In this document: piece after piece, positions 53,059 to 62,872 of the stretch
Numbering within the stretch: the first letter of the stretch is position 1
Layout of the letters: each line of letters opens with the position of its first letter
Assembly (NCBI GenBank): GCA_963724995.1
Contig: CAVRXC010000009.1
Location: 1,277 to 65,276 of the forward strand
Direction: 5' to 3'
DNA length: 64,000 nucleotides
Source: an uncultured Actinomycetes bacterium
Lineage (GTDB): Bacteria > Actinomycetota > Thermoleophilia > Gaiellales > Gaiellaceae
Position numbers and translations under genes: made by a program
The notes under the pieces: model-generated
Told to the model about the DNA's origin: nothing
Database searches by the model: none
What the model saw: the letters and a program-made list of their open reading frames with translations, nothing else

Positions 53059-53835
53059 TTACCGACCTCGTCGTCCGAGGAGCGCTCTGCGGACGCGCGG
53101 GTACGCGCCCCCCAGCACCCGCTTCGGCACGCTGCGGGCCGTCCACGCGAGGCTCTGGCGCCGGCGCGCAAGACCACGCCCCATGAGCAGCGCGGCTGCT
53201 TCCGTGGGCGCCGTCGACGCACGCACCGCGTACCGCCCGCGCACGAGGCAGCCGTCCACCTCCCGCGCCTTCGTCGTCGGCAGTGATGTGAACAGGGTGC
53301 GGATGCCCGCCGCGGCAGCGGCACGCTCGACCGTCTCCGACGAGTAGCCACCCGGCACCGACGCGACCGTCACGGGCTCGCCCAGGATCCTCACCAGGCG
53401 CTCGAGGCTCGTCGCCCAGTCTCGTGCGACGGCGTCGGCTGCGAGCCCGGAGATGCGCTCCGGGTGCGTGTGCGAGTGCGAGCCGACGATCTGGCCCAGG
53501 TCTCGCAGCGCGCGGACGTCGTCCTCGCTCACGAACCCGGGCTCGCCGATCAGCGCCGTCGTGACGAGGAAGTGGCCCACCCAGCGGCGCGCGGACAGCG
53601 CCTCTGCCACGGCACGCGAGCAGGCGCCCCCGTCGTCGAACGTCAACCACCATGCGTCGGCGGCGGCAGCGTCGAATGCGGCCGGCGGCCCGGCGACCGC
53701 CGCCAGCGCATCGAGGTGCGCGCCGAAGGCCGACCAGTCGAGCTTGTAGACCGCCGGCCCCGGCCCCGGAAAGCCGCTGTCGTCGGCGCGCCCCGCTGCG
53801 ACGACGTCGTGGTACATGAGCGCTGCACCTGCCAT
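53059..53835 (-). CDS. Polysaccharide deacetylase family protein
   Basis: LMYH, LTFDDG, GSHSHTH, SVPGG. Confidence 0.85.
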   Translation of the reverse strand: MAGAALMYHDVVAAGRADDSGFPGPGPAVYKLDWSAFGAHLDALAAVAGPPAAFDAAAADAWWLTFDDGGACSRAVAEALSARRWVGHFLVTTALIGEPGFVSEDDVRALRDLGQIVGSHSHTHPERISGLAADAVARDWATSLERLVRILGEPVTVASVPGGYSSETVERAAAAAGIRTLFTSLPTTKAREVDGCLVRGRYAVRASTAPTEAAALLMGRGLARRRQSLAWTARSVPKRVLGGAYPRVRRALLGRRGR

Positions 53836-53897
53836 GGACGGGCCGATTCTTACTGTGGAGACGGTCGGCCGGCGGTCGGGAGACGTTCGCGCCGTGC

Positions 53898-54920
53898 TTG
53901 CGTATGGTGAGATTCGTGGCCGGCGCTCCTTCCCTGAGCCCTCCTCGCATCCGGTCGGTGACCCTCGTGGTGCCCATGGCCGACGAGGCCCGACACGTCG
54001 AGGCGTTCGTCGAAGACGTTGCGGGCCAGGATTACGATGGCCCGGTCGACCTCGTGGTCGCCGACGGTGTTTCGACCGACGGGTCGCCGGCGCTGCTCGA
54101 GGCGGCAGCGGCGCGTGTGGGGCTGCCGCTGACCCTCATCGCCAATCCGGACCGCTTCGTGTCCCACGGGCTGAATCGCTGCATCCAGGCGGCACGCGGC
54201 GACCTCATCGTGCGCCTCGACTGTCATTCGCGCTATCCGCCGGACTATGTGCGGCTCTGCGTCGCGGCGTCCGAGGAAACGGGGGCCTGGAACGTGGGGG
54301 GTGTGCTCGTACCTCAGGGGACGACGGCGACCGAGCGAGCGGTTGCCGCAGCGATGGACGGTCCCTTCGGCGGGATCGGCTGGACGCGCGTCGCGGCCGA
54401 GGGGCGCGTCGAGACAGACACCGTTACCTACGGTGCGTTTCGTCGAGAGGCGTTCGAGGCGGCAGGCGTGTTCGACGAGTCCCTCGTCCGAAACCAGGAC
54501 GACGAGCTCAACCTGCGGCTGCGGCTGGCAGGCGGCCGCATCGTGCTCGATCCTCGGATCAGAGTCTTCTACGTGCCTCGCGGCACGCTCCGCGGCGTCT
54601 TCCGCCAGTACTTCGAGTACGGCCGCTGGAAGGTGCGCGTCATGCGCAAGCACCGCACGGCGCTGTCGGCCCGGAGCCTCGTGCCCGTCGTCTTCGTCCT
54701 GTCGGTCCTCGCCGGTGCGGCTCTCGCAGTGTGGGTCGAGCCCGTCGCGTACCTGGTCGTCGCCGAGCTCGGCCTGTACCTGGCGGCAACGGTCGTCTTC
54801 GGCGTGCGGTCGCTCCGCCACCGCGGCGAGTCGCTGGCGCTGCTGCCGCGCGTGATCGGCGCGTACCTCGCCTTCCACGTCGGGTACGGCATCGGGATGT
54901 TGCGTGGGCTCCTCGGGTGA
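53898..54920 (+). CDS. Glycosyltransferase family 2 (ExoA-like)
   Basis: ADGVSTD, RLDCH, RNQDDELN, QYFEYGRWK, C-terminal TM helices. Confidence 0.88.
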   Translation: MRMVRFVAGAPSLSPPRIRSVTLVVPMADEARHVEAFVEDVAGQDYDGPVDLVVADGVSTDGSPALLEAAAARVGLPLTLIANPDRFVSHGLNRCIQAARGDLIVRLDCHSRYPPDYVRLCVAASEETGAWNVGGVLVPQGTTATERAVAAAMDGPFGGIGWTRVAAEGRVETDTVTYGAFRREAFEAAGVFDESLVRNQDDELNLRLRLAGGRIVLDPRIRVFYVPRGTLRGVFRQYFEYGRWKVRVMRKHRTALSARSLVPVVFVLSVLAGAALAVWVEPVAYLVVAELGLYLAATVVFGVRSLRHRGESLALLPRVIGAYLAFHVGYGIGMLRGLLG

Positions 54921-54923
54921 GCG

Positions 54924-55307
54924 TTACCGGAGCGGACGGTCGCCCGAGCAGGCGAGGCGCAGCTTCGTGATGCGGCCGTCGGCGATCTCGGCGTACGCGG
55001 TCTGCTCGAAGATGCAGAGGCCGTGCTCCGGGTCGACTCCTTTGACCGCGTAGCGGAGCCTGAGGAGGTCGGCGACCGGGTCGACCGTCGCGTCGACCAG
55101 CTCGTACTCGGCGAGCTCGCCTGTCCAGAGGCGGAACCGCGCGGCGATCGCGTCCGGGCCGTCGTCCTCGCGGACACCGGGTGGAACGACGGCGCGAAGG
55201 TGCGCCTCGTCTGCGAAGCAGCTTGCGATGCCGACGTAGTCGCGCCGCCGGATCGCGTTGAGCAGCTGCGTGCCGATCGCAGTGTCGGGCGCCTGCGCAG
55301 TCGCCAT
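54924..55307 (-). CDS. SnoaL/NTF2-like protein
   Basis: Short ORF with LLNAIRRRDY..IASCFADEA and C-terminal IADGRI pattern. Confidence 0.55.
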   Translation of the reverse strand: MATAQAPDTAIGTQLLNAIRRRDYVGIASCFADEAHLRAVVPPGVREDDGPDAIAARFRLWTGELAEYELVDATVDPVADLLRLRYAVKGVDPEHGLCIFEQTAYAEIADGRITKLRLACSGDRPLR

Positions 55308-55342
55308 GCCGGGACGATACCGCCGGCAACTACGGCTGCGTC

Positions 55343-55741
55343 CTAGCCGACGGGCGTCCCTCCGGCCAACACGCGCTGCACGGCCTCGTGCTCCCAGCGC
55401 CCGTGCATCGTCCGCGGCAGGTCGTCGGGCGCGAACCACTCGGCCGGGTAGTCGCCGTCGGCCTCACCATCCGCTTCGGCGCCATAGTGGAAGACGACGT
55501 GCCAGCCGCGCCGGCCGCGGAACGACTCGACGAAGGAGAGCGACAGCGACGTGGCCGCCACGCCGACCCCTTCGAGGGTCTCGCGGGCCCGGTCGTCCGG
55601 GTGTTCGTACGGCTCGAGGTCCTCACCCGGCAGCCACCAGCGCTCGTCGTCCGAGTGGTAGCGAACGAAGAGCACGTGCCCGTCCGGGCGCCGGACGACG
55701 AGATTGGCGATCAGCTGGATCTCGGGTTGCTGCTCAGACAT
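55343..55741 (-). CDS. NUDIX-like protein (degenerate Nudix box)
   Basis: VLFVR..WWLPGEDLEPYEHPDDRARETL, EWFAPDDLP. Confidence 0.6.
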   Translation of the reverse strand: MSEQQPEIQLIANLVVRRPDGHVLFVRYHSDDERWWLPGEDLEPYEHPDDRARETLEGVGVAATSLSLSFVESFRGRRGWHVVFHYGAEADGEADGDYPAEWFAPDDLPRTMHGRWEHEAVQRVLAGGTPVG

Positions 55742-56252
55742 CGCTGCCTCCTTCGGTTGTCAGAAGTGCCTGTGCCCACCCGAGCTCCGCCTCCGTCAGC
55801 GCGCGCCGGCGCTCGACCATCTCGCGGGCGGGCGCCGAACGCTCGAGCCGGTCGAGCTCTGCAAGCCGAGCGCGCAGTGCATCGACGCGTCGGGTCAGCA
55901 GCTCGGGAACGCGTCGCTCGTCCTCGAGATCCGAACGGGCCGCGAGGGCGAGCGCGATCGGCTCGCCGGGAGGCGGTAGCTCGAGCCAGGCGCGCTCGAG
56001 CAGCGCAGCGAGATGGCGCCTGCCGTCCTTGGTGATCGCGTAGCGCGTCCGCTGCGGCCGCTGCCCCTCTCGCTCGACCGCGACCTTCCGCACGTACCCG
56101 TCCTTGACGAGTGTCCGCAGCACGGCGTAGATCGATCCGTACTCGAGCGGGAACCAGAACCGGAGCCCTTCGTCGTCGAGGATCCGCTTGATCCGGTACC
56201 CGTGCAGGGGCTGCTCGGAGAGCAGCCAGAGGATGAGGAGCCGCGTGAGCAT
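55734..56252 (-). CDS. PadR-family transcriptional regulator
   Basis: PLHGYRI, GSIYAVLRTL, RYAITKDG. Confidence 0.9.
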   Translation of the reverse strand: MLTRLLILWLLSEQPLHGYRIKRILDDEGLRFWFPLEYGSIYAVLRTLVKDGYVRKVAVEREGQRPQRTRYAITKDGRRHLAALLERAWLELPPPGEPIALALAARSDLEDERRVPELLTRRVDALRARLAELDRLERSAPAREMVERRRALTEAELGWAQALLTTEGGSDV

Positions 56253-56262
56253 GTCGCCATAT

Positions 56263-56278
56263 TACTAAAGTTTTAGTA
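56263..56278. promoter_or_regulatory. AT-rich palindrome, probable PadR operator
   Basis: TACTAAA-GT-TTTAGTA perfect inverted repeat just upstream of the padR start. Confidence 0.6.
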
Positions 56279-56407
56279 TTTGGTTCTGCGATCGCCGCAC
56301 TGGCCGGGCACGGATGCATGTCCCGCCAACGGCTGCGGTGTGGTGTGATCCTCACTGAGGTACTCGTCTGAATCGGCGGCTCGAGGAAACGGGGGAGACG
56401 GCGCCAG

Positions 56408-56743
56408 ATGCCTGAGCAGTCATCTGTGGGTGCGCTCATCGACGCGGTCGGCGACCAGCGGACGGCGGAGGAGCCGTTCTACATCACAGCCTCGCGTGTC
56501 TTCAACGACGGGATCGGCGACCTCGGCGACGAGCAGCTGATCGCACTGGAGACTGTCGGCTTCGAGTCCGTGAGGAGGGACGGCGCGCCCTCCGTTGTTC
56601 CCGTGCCTTCCGTCGTCCGGATGATCGAGAACGGACGATCGTACGACCACGATGCGATTCCCCAGAGGGAGCGTCCGAAGCTGATGTTGCTCGGTTTCCT
56701 TGCGCTCGCGGCCGAGGCGCTGCTGCACGGGGGCGACGAGTGA
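56408..56743 (+). CDS. Hypothetical protein
   Basis: GGGGAG RBS, 111-aa ORF with ordinary composition; no family recognised. Confidence 0.4.
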   Translation: MPEQSSVGALIDAVGDQRTAEEPFYITASRVFNDGIGDLGDEQLIALETVGFESVRRDGAPSVVPVPSVVRMIENGRSYDHDAIPQRERPKLMLLGFLALAAEALLHGGDE

Positions 56744-56863
56744 CGGCCGGTTTTCGCGTCGCAGGCAGGCTGAGGGCCACACCTTCGGTGGGCTCTGACC
56801 TAGACCAGCGACGGTTCCGCCGCCGACGCTCGGCTGCGACGATCTCGAATGGACGGGAGAAGC

Positions 56864-56904
56864 GAGGGAGGCCGCCAGACGGGGGAGGGGTGGCGGCCTC
56901 CCTC
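56864..56904. terminator. 14-bp perfect inverted repeat
   Basis: GAGGGAGGCCGCCA-N13-TGGCGGCCTCCCTC. Confidence 0.55.
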
Positions 56905-57110
56905 TCTCTATCACCCTAACGAGGTCGTGACGGCGCAGGGGTTGCGCTGGTGGGCGCACTGGCACAGAACGCCGCTGGTTGACGACGTGCAGCGTCGTGC
57001 GCGTGTCACCGCGTGAGCGCGGCCGCACACTGAAAGCCTGACCGCTCATCGTCGGTACCGCGATGTCTGGCAGCTTGACTTTCGTCGTGTCGATCGACAC
57101 GATCGGCCGC

Positions 57111-57932
57111 ATGTGGCGCGCTGCGGCCATTGGCGCTCTCACTCTCGTCGCGGTGGCGACGAGCGGCGCCGCCACCAAGCCGTCGAACTATGGCGTGCAG
57201 ATTCTCACGCCGTTCGATGACGCGAGCGGCGAAGTGATCCTGGGGCAGGTTGACGTGGGGAAGGTGTTCGTACTGCCGATGTTCGTCGCCACGTACAAGA
57301 ACCCGACGGACGACGAAGACTCGCCGATCGACACGACGACCGCACGATCCGCGACGTACGCAGTCGATGTTCCTTCCGGCCTTGTCGTGCAGCCCTCCGC
57401 ACCGGTGCGAGGGGGTGGGTTCATCGGCAACTCCGTGACGTGCGTCAGCGCATGCGTGGCCGACATCCCCGCCGGTCGATTGGGTGTCAACGCGGTCTAT
57501 CGCCTCGTTGCCTCCTCCGCTGGCACGTTCACGGTCCGCATCCGCCTGACATCGGTCGATCGCCCAGATCCCGAGACGACGAACGACCAAGCCAGCTCTG
57601 ACATCCGCGCCGCTGCGGCGACCGGAGGACAGGGCGGAGCGGTCGCGGCGGGCACGTCCGTAACAGCACCGAAATTGCCGCTCGCCGGAAGGCCATATGC
57701 GCTGACCCTGCCGCTCACCAAGGCCGGGACACCGGTGAAACCGACGTCTGTGCGGTGCGCGGCGACGCTCCGTGGGCGCGCGCTGAAGGCGACCGCTGCA
57801 AAGCTCTCCGGGCGAGCCCGCTGCACCTGGAAGCTCCCCTCAACCACGCGCGGCGCGCAACTGAAAGCAAAGCTGACCGCCGTCGCCGGCGGCAAGACAT
57901 TCACCGCCTCACGGACGGCGCGCGTCCGCTAG
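57111..57932 (+). CDS. Secreted protein with basic C-terminal Ig-like domain
   Basis: Signal peptide MWRAAAIGALTLVAVATSGAA; DPETTNDQAS; C-terminal VRCAA...ARCTWKLP. Confidence 0.65.
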   Translation: MWRAAAIGALTLVAVATSGAATKPSNYGVQILTPFDDASGEVILGQVDVGKVFVLPMFVATYKNPTDDEDSPIDTTTARSATYAVDVPSGLVVQPSAPVRGGGFIGNSVTCVSACVADIPAGRLGVNAVYRLVASSAGTFTVRIRLTSVDRPDPETTNDQASSDIRAAAATGGQGGAVAAGTSVTAPKLPLAGRPYALTLPLTKAGTPVKPTSVRCAATLRGRALKATAAKLSGRARCTWKLPSTTRGAQLKAKLTAVAGGKTFTASRTARVR

Positions 57933-57980
57933 GCAACGACTCCGTAGTCGATCTCGGTTTCGTCGCCGGAGCGCGATAGA

Positions 57981-58111
57981 GGTCGCGACGCCCGGCAACC
58001 CGCATGGTTGCCGGGGTCGCGGCCTGCGCTCGCCACTCGCGCTCCCGGCGGGATTCGTCTTGATTCCAGGGGATTCCGGTGGATTCGGGCACCGAGACCT
58101 TGCTGGTGCCC
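57981..58111. repeat. Long hairpin, four phased GATTC repeats and a GGGCACC/GGTGCCC inverted repeat
   Basis: Hairpin 57981-58024; GATTC at 58052, 58062, 58072 and 58082; inverted repeat 58087-58093/58105-58111. Confidence 0.6.
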
Positions 58112-58221
58112 AAACGACCGGCTGGAGGCGGCTGCTCCGATTCCCGCGGGGTCGGGCCGTCAGAGGAGTAGCGTTCGAGCCTGACCTTTCGGTCGCATCC
58201 CGCAGCGGAGAGGAGCATCCC

Positions 58222-59121
58222 GTGGCCTACGAGATCAAGATGCTCGATCTGATCGACATCGAGCTCGAGTCGAGCTTCCTCGTGCTTGCCCGAAACATGG
58301 GGATCCGCACGCGCGTGAAGACATGGGGGTACCTGATCCTCGGGCCTGACAGCGAGCCGATCCTCGTCGATACGGGCGCGAGCCACCCCGAGATCATGGA
58401 GACGCTTGGGATGACGGGGATCGTGAAGAAGGAGATGACGCTGCGCCGCCAGCTCTCGAAGCACGGAGTGAAGATCAGCGACGTGCGCTGGATCCTCCAC
58501 ACGCATCACCACATCGACCATGCGGGGCAGGACAGCCAGTTCGCCATGCGCCAGACCGTCGTCACGAACCGGCGCGAGCTCGAGTACTCGGCCTCGGGAA
58601 TCATGGGCGGGCAGTACCCGGCCGAGTACGTGAAGCACCACATCGACCGTCTCCACACGCCCGGCGCCATGCGGCTGCTCGATCTCGAGCTCTCCGGCCC
58701 CGACGAGATCGCACCCGGGATCGTCTGCGAGGCCGCCGGCGGACACACCGAGGGCTCGATGAACATTCTCGTCGAGACCGCTCAAGGCACTGCCTGCATC
58801 TGCGGCGATGTCGTGTACGACATCCAGAACCAGGTGATCGACCCGATCTACCAGGTGCTCGACTACGAGCCACAGTCGACCGGGAACCAGGGCACCTCGA
58901 AGCGCCAGGAGCGCGCGGCGATCAAGAGGGCGCTGAACAGTGGGACGTTCCTGCTACCGATTCACGACTATCCGGCGCGCATCGAGCACGGCCGCGTCGT
59001 TTCGCGACTCGTGGGCGACTCCGTGCCGGGGCCCGAGCTCGCCGTCGAGCACAGGACTGTCGCCGAGACACGGAAGATGGGTCTCGGCAGGGAGGAGTTC
59101 TCGCTTCCACCTGCGCCGTGA
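58222..59121 (+). CDS. Metallo-beta-lactamase fold hydrolase (AHL-lactonase-like family)
   Basis: GGAGAGGAG RBS; VDTG, THHHIDHAG (HxHxDH), GGHTEGS, CGD, PIHD. Confidence 0.85.
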   Translation: MAYEIKMLDLIDIELESSFLVLARNMGIRTRVKTWGYLILGPDSEPILVDTGASHPEIMETLGMTGIVKKEMTLRRQLSKHGVKISDVRWILHTHHHIDHAGQDSQFAMRQTVVTNRRELEYSASGIMGGQYPAEYVKHHIDRLHTPGAMRLLDLELSGPDEIAPGIVCEAAGGHTEGSMNILVETAQGTACICGDVVYDIQNQVIDPIYQVLDYEPQSTGNQGTSKRQERAAIKRALNSGTFLLPIHDYPARIEHGRVVSRLVGDSVPGPELAVEHRTVAETRKMGLGREEFSLPPAP

Positions 59122-59271
59122 GGCCGGTGCCCGTGGCGATTTCCGCTTCCTCTCGGTGCGCGCACCTGGTATAGAACGCCGCTGCAAACCTTCGTTTTTC
59201 TGACACCCAGGTACGCACGCCCACGCACGAATCGCACATCTCGCAGCTTGCATTTCTGTAGCGTCGGCGTC

Positions 59272-59706
59272 CTGAAGATCTACTTCGCTGGCCCGCTCTT
59301 CACGCCGTACGAACGCTTGTTCATCGACGAGTGCGCCGCCGCGCTGCGTGCCGACGGCTTCGAGGTCTTCGTTCCGCACGAGCACGAGCTCGCGGGGGGC
59401 GTCGACGTCACAGCAGCGTGGATCTTCGCGAAGGACAGGCTGGGGATCGAGCGCGCAGACGCGATGCTCGCGATCCTCGACGGCCCGTCAGTGGACGACG
59501 GCACCGCGTGCGAGATCGGGATGTTTCATGCGCTGATGCAGTCGGATCCGTCGAAGAAGGGCATCGTCGGGCTCCTCACCGACATCCGCGGCGAGCGCGG
59601 CGAGTCGACGGGCCTCAACCTCTTCGTCCAAGGCGCGATCGAGGAGGTCGGCCGGATCGTCGCCTCCATCGAGGAGGCGCGCGACGTGCTGAGGGCCTGG
59701 AGATAA
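59272..59706 (+). CDS. Nucleoside 2-deoxyribosyltransferase family protein
   Basis: KIYFAGPLF, FVPHE, IFAKD, DDGTACEIG, NLF; probable CTG start. Confidence 0.85.
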   Translation: MKIYFAGPLFTPYERLFIDECAAALRADGFEVFVPHEHELAGGVDVTAAWIFAKDRLGIERADAMLAILDGPSVDDGTACEIGMFHALMQSDPSKKGIVGLLTDIRGERGESTGLNLFVQGAIEEVGRIVASIEEARDVLRAWR

Positions 59707-59733
59707 GCGTCGGCTTCGGGCGCGGCGTGCGTC

Positions 59734-60170
59734 TCAAGTCAGCATGGGCCGTGACGGGCTCACGAACGCCTCTGAGCCGCGCAGCCGAGCGAGCGCGATC
59801 GACGTCGACCTCGCTGTAGTCGACGAGCGCGTAGACGTAGTGGTCGGCGGCGACACGCTTCCCGTCACCGAGCAGCTCCGCGACCTTGGCGAGCGAGCCT
59901 GTTCGCGTGTAGTGCAGCGACCCGCGACGACGACGTAGTCCGTGCGGTGAGAAGTGCCGGCGTCCCAGTTGCCTTGCACGCTCGCTTGATCGCCATGCGT
60001 ATCCGCGCGTCGGTGAGGTCGCGGAACAGCGGCGCGTCGAGGTCGCGATCCTCACGCGGCGGCAGCGTCGCAACGAGCGCCGCGAACAGCTCGTCGGGCA
60101 GGTGGAGATGCCGGTAGCGCTCGTTCTTTTCGACGGAGCAGCGGACGCGGACGCGAAGACGAGCACGCGC
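59734..60170 (-). pseudogene. Tyrosine integrase C-terminal remnant
   Basis: EKNERYRHL...PLF, then FSPHGLRRRR, VAELLGD, HYVY; no N-terminal domain found upstream. Confidence 0.65.
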
Positions 60171-60615
60171 GAGCCACGCTACGGAGCATGGCGGACGCGG
60201 GCGACGCCCAGGTACGCACGCGATCGCACTCCCTGCACGTACCGCACGAACCGAACCGCTTGAATAAGTCGATTCGGCGTCGCCAGGGTGCCGGGTATGG
60301 GCGCACCTGGGATCTAACGTCCCTGCAAATCACGCATTCGGTTCACGCGAGGCCAGCACCAGGGTCAGCACCGAGACGCACGTCCTGCCAAGGCGGGGTG
60401 ATGAGCTGCGACCCCGGCTTGCCGGATCGGACATCAGATCGGTGACCTCCGGCGTGACAGTTCTGTCCGGCTGTGGCCTGGGCTGGTCAGCAGTGGCCCT
60501 AGCCGAGGAGCCAAGCCAACCTCGTGCGTGAACGTCGTCCCGGCTTGGTCACGGTGCGTCGGTGTGATCTGACACGAATTCGACACCCGCGCGCCCCCCG
60601 CCCAGCCCAGTGCGC

Positions 60616-61269
60616 TCACGGATCAATATGAGGCGAGGGACTCGCTTCGTTGGCGAGGCGTTCGGCTCGCCGCCTTATCCCGCGCAGCATCTTCAGTTCC
60701 ATCACAAGTGAGGCCGACTCCATCGGAACCATCCCGATCTTCGCGGTCAGGGTCGGCAGCCGGAAGCGGTTGCGGCTGATCAACCTCGTCTTTCCATCCT
60801 GCTCGTCGAGCACGAAGCTCCAGACCCAGTTGCCGTCTTCGGACCGGGTCACGAGCACGCGCGGAGGCTCGACGCGTTCGAAGCGCATGCGATTCGTGCC
60901 GTAGACGAGCGTGTCGCCGACCTGCGGGTGCTGGTATTCGGGCAGCACGCGGTCGGCGCTGTGCATGTCGAGCCCGAGCAGGTTCTCGATCCAGTCATAG
61001 GTGTAGGCGCCACCGCGCGGCGAGGGGCCCATCTGCGCGATCCACGGCCAGACTGCCGCTGCAGGGGCATAGATCGTGACGGCACGAGTTGCCACACCGT
61101 CCGCTCGTTCGAGCAGCTCGTCGCCCGGCAGCCGCGCGGTTGCTTCGGCGCCGGTTGCTCCCCAGGTCAGGATCGGCCGCCGAAGCAGCAGCCGGTAGAG
61201 CATCGCAAGGACGGCAACCGACGCCAATGCGACGCCGCCACGCTTCAGCGAGGCTCGCGCGGCCATCAC
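60616..61269 (-). CDS. SRPBCC-like conserved actinobacterial protein
   Basis: WGAT..E....LPGD, TRAVTI.AP...VWPWIAQMG..RGG.YTYDWIEN, KMLRGI. Confidence 0.75.
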   Translation of the reverse strand: MMAARASLKRGGVALASVAVLAMLYRLLLRRPILTWGATGAEATARLPGDELLERADGVATRAVTIYAPAAAVWPWIAQMGPSPRGGAYTYDWIENLLGLDMHSADRVLPEYQHPQVGDTLVYGTNRMRFERVEPPRVLVTRSEDGNWVWSFVLDEQDGKTRLISRNRFRLPTLTAKIGMVPMESASLVMELKMLRGIRRRAERLANEASPSPHIDP

Positions 61270-61293
61270 ACCGACTCGTTCCGCGCTGGGCAG

Positions 61294-62010
61294 TCATCGA
61301 TGGGGTGGCAGGAAGGTGTCGGTCTCATAGCTGTGCAGCACGGCAGACACGTGCATGCCGGCGTGTGCGATCGGCGCTCCGATGGGGTTGAGCGTCACGA
61401 GAGTCGGGATGCTCCAGAGTGCGTCTCCCGTCAGCGGCTTCCCGAGCTTCCCGCTCCGGAAGTCGCTGTAGCCGGCGTGATACACGGCGGTCATCGCGAG
61501 CGAGGCGATCAGCGCAACGGCGCCGATCACGACCTTCCCGGTGAAGCGACGGTCGAGTCGGCTCCCCGCAAAGGCGGCAAATACGACGAGGATCGGGAAC
61601 ACCGACAGGAGCAGGCCGTCGGTGACGCCGTAGAGGACCCCCCGCCACAGCACGGCCCCGACCAGCTCGAGCCCGTCCGGGCGGGGAGTGGCGTCCTCCG
61701 TGCGCAGAACCATCGCGGCCATCAGGACGGCGAACGCTGCACCGAGCCCGACTGCCCATTGCCAGTGCCGCTTGGTCGCGACGACCAGATCGAAGCCGGT
61801 CGACCGGCTCCACAGGCCGATCAAGCCGAACACGGCGATCGCGTACAGGCCGTAGTAGAGGTCGCGGTTGATCTCGAGGAGATCCGCGAACACGAATGGG
61901 ATGGAGAACGCGAGCGCGAACCCGGCAGCCAGCCAGGTCCAGTGGCCCGAGAGCTCGAGCCGCGCGCCTGCGTGCCGCCGTGTGGGTCGGCCGTATGCGT
62001 GCGTGCTCAT
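61294..62010 (-). CDS. Multi-pass membrane protein
   Basis: AGGAGG RBS; several TM segments, ends HSYETDTFLPPHR. Confidence 0.65.
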   Translation of the reverse strand: MSTHAYGRPTRRHAGARLELSGHWTWLAAGFALAFSIPFVFADLLEINRDLYYGLYAIAVFGLIGLWSRSTGFDLVVATKRHWQWAVGLGAAFAVLMAAMVLRTEDATPRPDGLELVGAVLWRGVLYGVTDGLLLSVFPILVVFAAFAGSRLDRRFTGKVVIGAVALIASLAMTAVYHAGYSDFRSGKLGKPLTGDALWSIPTLVTLNPIGAPIAHAGMHVSAVLHSYETDTFLPPHR

Positions 62011-62032
62011 GACTCCTCCTTTCAGCCGTGCC

Positions 62033-62541
62033 CTAGGTGAAGATGATCTGGCCGCCGGCGGCCTTCTCGTAGAACTCGCCGACGCTGATGATGTCGTCGA
62101 CCTGGGGGACGAAGTCGTCCATCGTGAGGCCGAACATGTCGACGGTCGCCTTGCAGGCGTAGAGGCGGGCGCCGGAGTCGGCGACGAGCTCGATGAACTC
62201 GGGGATCGGCGGGATGTCGATCTTCTCCATCTGCCGCTTCATCATCTTGGTGGCGAGCGCGGAGAAGCCGGGGATCGCACCGATCCAGGTCGGCAGGTGC
62301 ATGCCGGGGTTGCCGACGGTCGCGACCTTGATCTTCTCGTAGCGGTCCTTGCGGATCGCGTCGAGGCCGAAGAAGGTGAAGAAGAGGTCGGCCTCGATGC
62401 CCTCCATGCGGGCGCCGTTGGCCATGATCAGGCCGGGGTAGATCCCTTCGAGCGAGCCCTTGGAGATCACGATCGCGACCTTCTCGATCGTCGTCGCGGC
62501 TCGATCGGTGCGGCGTGTGGATGTTCGAGTAGCTCGGTCAT
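62033..62541 (-). CDS. DsrE/DsrF/DrsH-like (DsrE2-type) sulfur carrier, frameshift near N-terminus
   Basis: GAGGAG RBS at ATG 62541; IVISKGSL, LFFTFFGL, LYACKATVDMF. Confidence 0.85.
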
Positions 62542-62554
62542 CGTGTGCTCCTCT

Positions 62555-62872
62555 CTAGATGCAGCCCTTGGGCTTGGGGATGCCGCCGATCTTGGCGGCG
62601 AGCTTGGCCGGCCCCTTGGGGAAGAGCTGGTAGAGCTCCTTGACGGGGACGCCGGACTCCTTGCCGAGCGAGCGGATCGAAGGAGCGGTGCCGGTCGCGA
62701 GGTAGCGCTCGCGCATGAACCGGACGACGAGCCAGTGCCGGTCGGTCAGCTCGGCGATGCCGTTCTCGGCGGCGATCGCCTCGGCGATCTGCTCGTTCCA
62801 CTGCTCGGGGTCGGTGAGGAAGCCCTCGGCGTCGACGTCGACCGGGGCGTCTGCGATCAGGGTCATGGTCAT
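62555..62872 (-). CDS. TusE/DsrC-family sulfur relay protein
   Basis: DAEGFL...WNE, LTDRHW, LYQLFPKGPAK, GIPKPKGCI with a single C-terminal Cys. Confidence 0.9.
   Translation of the reverse strand: MTMTLIADAPVDVDAEGFLTDPEQWNEQIAEAIAAENGIAELTDRHWLVVRFMRERYLATGTAPSIRSLGKESGVPVKELYQLFPKGPAKLAAKIGGIPKPKGCI

Noticed and set aside
53022-53060. SRP RNA or tRNA upstream of dnaX, and a tRNA next to the integrase remnant
   Set aside because: The dnaX gap is under 40 bp, and no cloverleaf or T-loop motif was recognised near 59700-60600; a tRNAscan/Infernal run would settle it
62555-62872. Evidence for dissimilatory sulfite reduction
   Set aside because: Only one C-terminal Cys is present and there is no dsrAB or dsrMK in the window
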